From: a virus
Taxonomy: Duplodnaviria > Caudoviricetes
Virus record (IMG/VR): IMGVR_UViG_3300032290_001137
Location: 1-25,801 of that record
Reading direction: 5' to 3' (one strand)
Length of the DNA stretch: 25,801 nucleotides
Part shown: piece after piece, positions 1 through 7,318 of the stretch
Position numbering within the stretch: the stretch's first letter is position 1
Layout of the letters: every line of letters begins with the position of its first letter
Program-made: the position numbers and the translations under genes
Notes under the pieces: generated by a model
What the model was told of the DNA's origin: nothing
What the model saw: only the letters and a program-made list of their open reading frames with translations
Database searches by the model: none

Positions 1-636
1 ATCGATACAGGACTCGATCGTTGCATCTGTGGCAGGTGCCCACATATGAAAGGCTGGAAGAAACACATTGTCAATGGCAAGGAGAAGATCGTTCGTACTT
101 GTTATGTCAATATAGGTAAGGGTGTTGCTGCCATCTATGAGTCATGGCATCGTGGCAATATTCCACTTGTATCTAGTGATGTTGCTGCGTCGATACAGGT
201 TGTTGCTGGTAAGCAAACACGCATTGGTTCATACGGTGATCCAGTAGCCGTTCCATTCCCTATATGGAGTGACTTACTACGTCATAGCCTTGGCCATCGT
301 GGCTATACACATCAGTGGCGTAGCAAGATTGCAGAGCCATTCAAGGGCATACTACAAGCTTCATGTGATAGTTACTATGACCAGTATGAAGCCGAGCAGG
401 CTGGTTGGGGTACATTTACTGTCCTGCCTGAGCATGACTACGTTAATCGTCGGCACGTAGCATACAGCAAGGGTATGAAGCAATGTCCTAGCGACCCATT
501 CATCAATGAGATGCGGACATATCGCAATATGCTAAAAATGCATACAGATTGCGTGGGTTGTCCTGCATCATTACAGTGCGATGGCGATAGTCATATTGTC
601 ATCCGTGCTCACGGCAGTGCAGCTGCGTGGGTTTAA
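1..636 (+). CDS. 5'-truncated Cys-rich phage protein, Gp88/radical-SAM-like (probable Fe-S or Zn binding)
   Basis: Frame is open from base 1 (IDTGLDRCICGRCPH-MKG...), so the true start lies upstream of the window. Motifs CICGRC...CYV, RIGSYGDP, GYTHQW, ASCD, CP...CVGC...C...IRAHG resemble the Gp88-like phage family. Confidence 0.6.
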   Translation: MDTGLDRCICGRCPHMKGWKKHIVNGKEKIVRTCYVNIGKGVAAIYESWHRGNIPLVSSDVAASIQVVAGKQTRIGSYGDPVAVPFPIWSDLLRHSLGHRGYTHQWRSKIAEPFKGILQASCDSYYDQYEAEQAGWGTFTVLPEHDYVNRRHVAYSKGMKQCPSDPFINEMRTYRNMLKMHTDCVGCPASLQCDGDSHIVIRAHGSAAAWV

Positions 637-668
637 TTAAACAAATAAATAAACACAAGGAGTAAGTA

Positions 669-1091
669 ATGTTTTATTCAATATGCGAAGAAGAAGAGTG
701 GTCAACTGATCATTACGACTATGCTCGTGACTGTCACTACACAGATGACGGGGAGGTCCTCTCCCCGGCTATCGGTGCAGAGTTCATGTTTCGCATGGGC
801 AAACTGTTGTTCTCTGATGTAAGTATCCAGTACACAGACAAAGCAGTCATCTTATTTATCGATGAAGTTGCAGAAGCAATGAACGTTAAGCGACCAACAG
901 ATGACGAGATTAAAAAGTTTTGTGCACTTGTTGCATCGGTCTATCACGAGTCAAACATTGACGAGTTTAACGATGCATTGTCTGAGTACATTGGTGACTG
1001 CACATACGACGAATGGAATGACATATTTGATGCACATGATTTGTATACAGATACATGTATTGAGCAACCAACAGGATGGGGAGAAGACTAA
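669..1091 (+). CDS. Highly acidic hypothetical early protein (140 aa)
   Basis: AAGGAG RBS at 657-662; about 34 D/E against 8 K/R; TAATG coupling to the next gene. Confidence 0.85.
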   Translation: MFYSICEEEEWSTDHYDYARDCHYTDDGEVLSPAIGAEFMFRMGKLLFSDVSIQYTDKAVILFIDEVAEAMNVKRPTDDEIKKFCALVASVYHESNIDEFNDALSEYIGDCTYDEWNDIFDAHDLYTDTCIEQPTGWGED

Positions 1092-1387
1092 TGACAGAAG
1101 AAGAATGGAACATCAAAGACTTAGCTTTTGAGAAAGCACTGCGTAAGCTCCGGGAGGAATTCCCGGAGTTTTATATTGAGGTGTGGGGACCATATGACTT
1201 TGTTTGTGGAGTCAATAGAGAAGAGTTTCAATCACACGACTTAATCATGGCTGAAATCATCGAGCGAGATGATGAATGGCCAGAAGTTGTAACAGAGTTA
1301 CACGAGGGATTTGATGCCAACTACGGCACAAACTGGGACCGAATTAACATAACAGTACGAGAGGTAAGAAGAAATGCAAGCAAGTGA
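1091..1387 (+). CDS. Acidic hypothetical phage protein (98 aa; DANYGTNWD motif)
   Basis: ATG 1091 overlaps the TAA of the previous gene, with GGAG upstream, so it is preferred over the 1076 start. Confidence 0.8.
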   Translation: MTEEEWNIKDLAFEKALRKLREEFPEFYIEVWGPYDFVCGVNREEFQSHDLIMAEIIERDDEWPEVVTELHEGFDANYGTNWDRINITVREVRRNASK

Positions 1388-1700
1388 CACACACATCAAG
1401 TGGATACCCGGTGATATTGACCGAGAGTTTTGGTATGACCAAATTACAGAGGCGTTACATCATTGTGAATGGGTAACTGAATGGACTGCAAGTTGGATTG
1501 ACGACTCAACCGAGTGGCGAATAGGCATACATAATGAAGAGAATTTCTTATGTTGGGTATTACCTATTGATATCTTGACATATCTACGTAAGGCATGGAA
1601 AAAAGGCGATCGATCGTTTGAAGAAGAGCAGCAGGTTGATCAAGATGTCATTGACACAATGCTTCAGATAATAGTTTTCGGTGAGTTAGTTTACGGTTAA
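1374..1700 (+). CDS. Conserved-type hypothetical phage protein with C-terminal D..Q...FGELVYG motif
   Basis: GAGGT RBS; overlaps previous gene; C-terminal motif recalled from small phage proteins. Confidence 0.8.
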   Translation: MQASDTHIKWIPGDIDREFWYDQITEALHHCEWVTEWTASWIDDSTEWRIGIHNEENFLCWVLPIDILTYLRKAWKKGDRSFEEEQQVDQDVIDTMLQIIVFGELVYG

Positions 1701-1711
1701 GGAGTAAAGCA

Positions 1712-2209
1712 ATGCCTAATTGGTGTATGAATGAGTTAACGATTACCGGCCCAGCAGACAAAGTGTCTGCTTGGGCTGAGTTGCACACTACAAAGTATGA
1801 GACAAGCACATCAGTACTAGACTTCAACAAGTCTGTGCCAGAACCATTGGATGAAAATGGTAACGGCAATGTTAATTGGCAGTACAACAACTGGGGTACT
1901 AAATGGGGAGCTTGCGATACATCCTATCTAGATTACAAAGAAGGTCATATAACTATTGCATTCGATACAGCATGGGGACCAGCTGACACATGGATTCATA
2001 CTATGTCTGATATGTTTCCTGACCTTGAGTTTACATGTCGCTATGCTGAACCCGGTATGTGTTTTGCTGGCAATATATATGCTGGACCTAAAGGTTATGA
2101 GCATGTACAGCGCAGTGGTGATGAGTTAGAAGATGACGACTATCACCTCATGGGTACTGAAATTTGCGATGAGTGCAAGAACTGGGAAACAAACTGCACG
2201 TGTGAGTAA
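1712..2209 (+). CDS. DUF1281/YubB-like ferredoxin-fold protein
   Basis: Signature MPNWCxNxLxI...WxxxNWGTKW...FDTAWxP...FPDL...YxEPGMxFAG; AAGGAG RBS at 1699-1704; Cys-rich C-terminal tail. Confidence 0.85.
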   Translation: MPNWCMNELTITGPADKVSAWAELHTTKYETSTSVLDFNKSVPEPLDENGNGNVNWQYNNWGTKWGACDTSYLDYKEGHITIAFDTAWGPADTWIHTMSDMFPDLEFTCRYAEPGMCFAGNIYAGPKGYEHVQRSGDELEDDDYHLMGTEICDECKNWETNCTCE

Positions 2210-2248
2210 GGTATACTCATGTATTACTTTAATAATTGAAAGGTTTTT

Positions 2249-2647
2249 ATGTTACAAGATTTAATTAATTTGCTGGATGCCATGAAAAAGAATAGTGATT
2301 ACAAAGATGGATGGGACAAGTTAGAACCATTGATTGGACTGAATGGAGTTGTTTCTTTATCGTGGCCACAATGGCGACTCAAGATTGTTACGTTTCGCAT
2401 GCCAAAAGAATGGGACGGAAGCCCGGAAGCAGCAGAAGATATAAGAACTATTGACAATCTGTTCTGGCATGACGATCGCATTGTTTGGATAACAGATAAA
2501 AACAAACAACAGTATAACGAGTCAACTTTAACGCGGGTTACTGTAGCTGAGATAATTGATGAGTTTCTATCTGGTAAATGGACTCCGCCATGGAAATGTG
2601 GTTATTGCGTCACTCGGCACAAAGGTTTACTGCAACCTAAGTACTAA
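2249..2647 (+). CDS. Hypothetical protein (132 aa, C-terminal CxxC)
   Basis: AAAGG RBS; TAATG coupling to the next ORF. Confidence 0.75.
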   Translation: MLQDLINLLDAMKKNSDYKDGWDKLEPLIGLNGVVSLSWPQWRLKIVTFRMPKEWDGSPEAAEDIRTIDNLFWHDDRIVWITDKNKQQYNESTLTRVTVAEIIDEFLSGKWTPPWKCGYCVTRHKGLLQPKY

Positions 2648-3204
2648 TGCCTACTAGGAAGAGAAGCAACTATCATCCAGTCTGTTACGTTGTGACTAGT
2701 AATAGTTACAACGTAACAGTAACTAATCAGTTTGTTGCCAAAATTATTTATCAACTCTGGATTCAGCGAAACTTAGACAAAAACATAAACGCTACAGTTG
2801 TTGTCTATGCTTTGATGTCTCCAAATAGTTGGTCTACTTGGAGCAAGAAACACATCGTAGGATTAATGAACGGCACATGGAAGAAACGCACGTTATGTAA
2901 GGCACAGATTAAAGAAGGTGAATGCAAACACATCCTAAATAACAGTGCAATGAAAATAACAGGCGATCACTATGAAGACCATGCTGCCTTTACATACAGA
3001 AACATGAATGAGAGCGTCATGCAATCACTAACCAATACACTTACATATCCTGCTGTCCTGCAACTTGTTTTGCGTGCGCCTACTGCATTAGCAGCTAAGG
3101 TGGCAATGAGAACAGAAGGATACACAAGATGGGAAGACGGCTCAAAAATAGACCACATTGATAAAGTGTGGGAGTATTTACATTTTGAGACAAGAAGACT
3201 TTGA
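2647..3204 (+). CDS. Hypothetical basic protein (185 aa)
   Basis: Start coupled to the previous stop; fills the operon. Confidence 0.7.
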   Translation: MPTRKRSNYHPVCYVVTSNSYNVTVTNQFVAKIIYQLWIQRNLDKNINATVVVYALMSPNSWSTWSKKHIVGLMNGTWKKRTLCKAQIKEGECKHILNNSAMKITGDHYEDHAAFTYRNMNESVMQSLTNTLTYPAVLQLVLRAPTALAAKVAMRTEGYTRWEDGSKIDHIDKVWEYLHFETRRL

Positions 3205-3295
3205 TGATGAAGACAATACAGGGCTAAAAATACTCATCTTCTGGATTGCACTGATCATCTATTGCATTGCGCACAGACTGAACTATAACAGGTAA
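3185..3295 (+). CDS. Small single-pass membrane protein, 36 aa (not in the ORF track)
   Basis: TTG start with GGAG at 3171-3174; MRQEDFDDEDNTGLKILIFWIALIIYCIAHRLNYNR; its TAA (3293-3295) overlaps the ATG of the next gene. Confidence 0.65.
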   Translation: MRQEDFDDEDNTGLKILIFWIALIIYCIAHRLNYNR

Positions 3296-3696
3296 TGCGC
3301 AGAAATAATCAAGAAGCTGTATTACAGCAGTCAGTAAAAACTTTGCTTACCTCGTGTGGATACACAGTCATTGAGATTGGTAAAGCACGAGCAAAAGTTG
3401 TGTGCCCAAATTGCAAGACATGGCATCACTCACGAGGTTGGCAAGGCAATACAGTAGGTGCTCCTGATTTATATGTACACAAGAAAGAATGGGGGCCTAT
3501 TGCTGTTGGAATAGAGCTAAAGACAAAGACTGGAGGTGTACGCAAAGAACAACAGGAACTAGCAAATAGCAATTTAACTGTGATCTGTAGATCAATTGAA
3601 GAGGTTGTCACTGCCGTACGTGCAGTTGACACAAAATTAAATATCGAAAGTAAGTTGGATAAAGTCAAATGGTTAACGAGTTCGAGTGTCCAGTAG
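3295..3696 (+). CDS. VRR-NUC / PD-(D/E)xK endonuclease (Holliday-junction resolvase-like) with CPNC insertion
   Basis: E..LQ N-terminal helix, GAPDL, IELKT..G....EQ and RSIEEV motifs of VRR-NUC. Confidence 0.85.
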   Translation: MRRNNQEAVLQQSVKTLLTSCGYTVIEIGKARAKVVCPNCKTWHHSRGWQGNTVGAPDLYVHKKEWGPIAVGIELKTKTGGVRKEQQELANSNLTVICRSIEEVVTAVRAVDTKLNIESKLDKVKWLTSSSVQ

Positions 3697-4325
3697 CATA
3701 CGACGATCATGATGCATGGATTGATAGTAAGACTATACACACTCTGTATATATTGGTACGCATAGACGATGAAGATCAATACGTAACATTACGTAAGAAT
3801 GGATGGGAGTTTGTAGTTGCATTTACAGTAAAAGAGGCAGCAGCTGAATACAGGGAATCACTAGGACATAAAGAAGACGTACATGTAGTCAGTATCAATA
3901 CTACATACCTTACATTTACAGCACGAGCCGTCATGATTGATGGCAAACCAATGCTAATAGCAGGAAATTCTGCTGGTGAGAATACATTGAGTACATATGC
4001 TCCAACACCAACACTGTATGGTGGCATATCAACTATATGGCATTACGTTCAAGTAAACGGAGAAGATTACCGCACACCAGATGGTGCGCTGATCATACAC
4101 ATATCAGCATCTACGCTGTTAGCCAGACTGTATTCGTTGTTTCCTGCATTTAGCTCACACCTAGAGAATGGCAATGTAGAAGTCAAATGCATTATGTTTA
4201 AAGATTTAATCCAGAGGGAAGAATATGTATTTGCAGATGATGACATTTACAACCTTAGAGTTGCATTAACAAAAAGCAAAGCTGTTAGACATATGACGCA
4301 AGAAGAAGGAGAAGATGATGTTTAA
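3669..4325 (+). CDS. Hypothetical protein (218 aa)
   Basis: Long ORF overlapping both neighbours in the operon. Confidence 0.75.
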   Translation: MVNEFECPVAYDDHDAWIDSKTIHTLYILVRIDDEDQYVTLRKNGWEFVVAFTVKEAAAEYRESLGHKEDVHVVSINTTYLTFTARAVMIDGKPMLIAGNSAGENTLSTYAPTPTLYGGISTIWHYVQVNGEDYRTPDGALIIHISASTLLARLYSLFPAFSSHLENGNVEVKCIMFKDLIQREEYVFADDDIYNLRVALTKSKAVRHMTQEEGEDDV

Positions 4326-4902
4326 TCCACGTGACCATTTTTTAAACTTAAAGGGCAAGCAATACTTGCCAGTGGCAGCTCGTATAGCATGGTTTAGAGA
4401 AGACCATTCAGACTGGAGCATTGTAACAAAGTCAGTACCGGAATTATCCGGTGCTGACTACTGCACGTTTCACGCACAAGTGTGCGATCGCAATCACATA
4501 GTAATTGCAACAGCACATAAGACGGAACATGAAAAACACTTTGCTGATTACAGAGAGAAAGCAGAGACTGGTGCTATTGGTCGTGCGCTTGCACTGTGTG
4601 GCTACGGTACGTTGTTTGCTCAAGAACTAGAAGAGCCTGTAGTAAACGGTACTGAGATGCGCATTGTTGATGCACCACAACCAGTCAAAACTACAGTATT
4701 AACTCCCGGAAAGCAGTTTGCCTTTGAGTGCAAGCGAATATGGGGAGCGGACATTACGCCATCAGATATGAAGCGTGTGTTTGCTAGATTGGCTGGACAC
4801 ACAGACACAAGTGATCACAACCTGCGTTTAGTCATAGAAGTACTGATGGGATTCAATACACCGGAAGAAGCAGAGTCGGTGTTCTTGGCAGAGGAGGAAT
4901 AA
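4318..4902 (+). CDS. Rad52/Sak-like single-strand annealing protein
   Basis: KGKQYLPVAARIAWFRE...ATAH...EKAETGAIGRAL..CGYG pattern of phage Rad52-like SSAPs; GGAG at 4308-4311; adjacent to a Gam-like gene. Confidence 0.75.
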   Translation: MFNPRDHFLNLKGKQYLPVAARIAWFREDHSDWSIVTKSVPELSGADYCTFHAQVCDRNHIVIATAHKTEHEKHFADYREKAETGAIGRALALCGYGTLFAQELEEPVVNGTEMRIVDAPQPVKTTVLTPGKQFAFECKRIWGADITPSDMKRVFARLAGHTDTSDHNLRLVIEVLMGFNTPEEAESVFLAEEE

Positions 4903-4903
4903 A

Positions 4904-5467
4904 ATGGATAGAAGTAAGTTTGACATTATTGGCGATAGTTACTACGAGATTGAGACCGGCGAATATGCCGGTCCAGTTGACGGGTGGCTTGGTGAGGAAC
5001 TGGCATCAGAGGATGATGTTCTTTTAGCTTTACAGCGTTTACTAAAATACGAAACAGAACTAAAAGCTGAACAGCTTGCTATGCAGTCTGTTGTTGATAG
5101 ATGTAAGCAACTAGTTAAAGACAAAGAACGCAAAGTGCAATGGTTACAAGCTAGATATGGCGCCCAGATTGCAGACTTTGCCAAAAAGCAGCTAGTTGGT
5201 AAAGCCAAGACTTGGAAATGTCCATGGGGTCAAGTTGCTTTTCGTAGTACACAACCTACGTTTACTATTGTTGATGAACAAAAAGCTGCATCAGTTATAC
5301 CTTTGTCATGTGATGCTGTAACGCATCAATTTAAAGTATACAAAAGCAAGATACCAAAAGAAATACAACTTACGTTGGCTGAGGAGTATCCAGACATATT
5401 CTATGTGACAGAAGCCACAGAGAATGTTACGATTAAAGCATTGACAGCAAGCGATACTGAAGAGTAA
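4904..5467 (+). CDS. Mu Gam-like host-nuclease inhibitor / DNA end-binding protein
   Basis: Coiled coil followed by KAKTWKCPWGQVAFRS (compare the Gam K..klp.G.v.fR pattern); GAGGAGG RBS. Confidence 0.7.
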   Translation: MDRSKFDIIGDSYYEIETGEYAGPVDGWLGEELASEDDVLLALQRLLKYETELKAEQLAMQSVVDRCKQLVKDKERKVQWLQARYGAQIADFAKKQLVGKAKTWKCPWGQVAFRSTQPTFTIVDEQKAASVIPLSCDAVTHQFKVYKSKIPKEIQLTLAEEYPDIFYVTEATENVTIKALTASDTEE

Positions 5468-5515
5468 GATTGCAATGCTCCGTACAAATATCCAACGGAG
5501 CACAACTACCAAATG

Positions 5516-5548
5516 AAGGGCCACGGACATCAACACCGTGGTCCTTTT
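5516..5548 (+). terminator. Intrinsic terminator-like hairpin after the Gam-like gene
   Basis: AAGGGCCACGG-ACATCAACA-CCGTGGTCCTT stem (one G-U) running into TTTT. Confidence 0.6.
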
Positions 5549-5568
5549 GTATCCATAAAGGAAAGAGA

Positions 5569-6171
5569 ATGAGTGACGAATTAGTTTATATTGGTAGTAT
5601 TCCTGACGCAGTTAGCGTAACTGATGTAGGACTACAGTTTAATCATGACATTGAATATGACCAGTGGCTTAGGCTTATGGCCACACTTCAACAACTTACA
5701 ACAGCATTTCAATTTGCAATTGGCGACGCATTAAACTATGGACAAAAACGTTATGGAGAGAAGTACGCACAAGCGATGGATGCGACTGGTTGTGCTTATC
5801 AAAGCCTTGCTAACTGGAGCTGGGTGGCTAGTCATGTTCCTATTACTAACCGTGTGGCTGGTCTTAGTTGGACTCATCATAGGCTTATTGCCCATGTCGG
5901 TACCGAGCAACAAAAACAACTATTAGAATCAGCAAAAGCAAGAAATGTATCAGTAACTGAGTTTGAGAGAGAACTTAAAGGTGAGCCAGAAGAAGAGAAG
6001 AAACCACTAAAACAGATAACCATACCAGAGGGCTGGACTGTCGATGATGCTAATAAGGCACTTGAAATAGTCAGCTCTTACAGGCAAGGACTTGAGAGAC
6101 TAAGTGCAGCATTAGATGCTGACGATGAACCAGTACAGAGATACTGTGCTGAATGTCCATATAACAACTAA
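5569..6171 (+). CDS. LmbU-like DNA-binding protein / transcriptional regulator
   Basis: IGDALNYG..RYGEKY..A...TG.AYQSL.NWSWVA......R...LSWTHH..IA matches the LmbU-family pattern; start moved to ATG 5569 (AAAGGA RBS). Confidence 0.7.
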   Translation: MSDELVYIGSIPDAVSVTDVGLQFNHDIEYDQWLRLMATLQQLTTAFQFAIGDALNYGQKRYGEKYAQAMDATGCAYQSLANWSWVASHVPITNRVAGLSWTHHRLIAHVGTEQQKQLLESAKARNVSVTEFERELKGEPEEEKKPLKQITIPEGWTVDDANKALEIVSSYRQGLERLSAALDADDEPVQRYCAECPYNN

Positions 6172-6180
6172 GGGTAAAGC

Positions 6181-6897
6181 ATGATTACCGTATTTAACGG
6201 CAAGTCGTTTGGCTTGTCTGGTGCGTCATCGTCTGGCTTTGTACAGATAGATAGACTTCTTATAAATCACATAGCAAGTTTCACACCATCTGGCTTCTCT
6301 ACATTTATGGCACTAGTCATGCATGTAGACAATGAAGGCTACTGCTGGCCCAGTATAAAGCGTTTATGTGAGTGCACTGGTTTATCTGAGACTACAGTCA
6401 AAAGTGCATTGCATCATTTAACGGCAATGAAGATTAATGACTGTAGGTTGCTTGAGATAAATGCTAGAACTTCTCCTAATGGGAGAACGACAAGTAATGG
6501 ATACAAGTTGTTTCCTGATTCAATACAACACTCAGATGAGGTAAAGGTGCAGGCTGTCAAGCAAGTTCAAAAGGATATTGCTAAAGAAGACGATCCAGCG
6601 TTTATCTTATACAAGCAGTTTAAAGTTGCTAGATATAAGTTACCGACACTTGAGTTGCTAAATATTACTGATAAAGAATGGAAGGATGTGCGACTTATCA
6701 TCTGGCAAATGCATAAGGCAGGAGTAACAAGTGACGATGTATATGTCCGCACAAAAGAGTTACTAGGCAAGTGGAAGCCAGAAATGGTAACCGTGCGGTC
6801 TCTATGGAAGCATTGGGATACATATGCATCCCCATCGTATGCAAATACAACAACATCAATAAACGTGGAGGATTGGTTTAATGACAACAACGGATAA
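6181..6897 (+). CDS. Phage replication initiator with N-terminal winged HTH (HTH_36-like)
   Basis: GYCWPSIKRLCECTGLSETTVKSALHHL...R...GRTTSNGY; sits upstream of the loader and helicase. Confidence 0.8.
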   Translation: MITVFNGKSFGLSGASSSGFVQIDRLLINHIASFTPSGFSTFMALVMHVDNEGYCWPSIKRLCECTGLSETTVKSALHHLTAMKINDCRLLEINARTSPNGRTTSNGYKLFPDSIQHSDEVKVQAVKQVQKDIAKEDDPAFILYKQFKVARYKLPTLELLNITDKEWKDVRLIIWQMHKAGVTSDDVYVRTKELLGKWKPEMVTVRSLWKHWDTYASPSYANTTTSINVEDWFNDNNG

Positions 6898-7318
6898 ATT
6901 ACTGGCGATTCTTTCGCAACTACCTAGTTCGATTCCATGGAATGAAACTAGTGAGACTGTATATAGAGTAGCCATCAACGGACTGAAGGATGAAGACATT
7001 AAGGGTGGCGCACAACGCATTCTTACACGGTGTAAGTTTCGGCCAACACCATCAGAGGTGTTAAATTACGTTGCCATAGACAAGTACGGTGATGCTCAAC
7101 CGCACATGGTTACACACGACATCAGTGAAGGGATTAGGAAAGGTACTGATCCCAACAACTTACATCCAACAGTAGTACTGGTACTCAAAAAGACTGGTGG
7201 ATATAAAGCATGGAGGGTTGAGCCACCACTTAAGGGGCAACAACTTCAAGATGTCATCAATGAAGTACATATTGTTAGACTGACGGAATACATAAATGAA
7301 CAAAGAACCAAATCTTAG
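6881..7318 (+). CDS. Putative helicase loader/inhibitor (SPP1 G39P / lambda P positional analogue)
   Basis: KFRPTPSEV motif resembles the F.P..aei loader-type motif; lies between initiator and DnaB. Confidence 0.55.
   Translation: MTTTDKLLAILSQLPSSIPWNETSETVYRVAINGLKDEDIKGGAQRILTRCKFRPTPSEVLNYVAIDKYGDAQPHMVTHDISEGIRKGTDPNNLHPTVVLVLKKTGGYKAWRVEPPLKGQQLQDVINEVHIVRLTEYINEQRTKS

Noticed and set aside
2201-2248. TGAGTA/TACTCA inverted repeat, TATACT box and 6-codon mini-ORF
   Set aside because: Weak AT-rich stem and no matching -35; could be a promoter but unsupported
5470-5568. N-terminal extension of the LmbU-like ORF from TTG 5470
   Set aside because: It runs through two hairpins including a terminator; ATG 5569 has a better RBS
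6480-6790. Iterons or origin inside the initiator gene (recurring CAAG words)
   Set aside because: Repeats are too short and irregular to call
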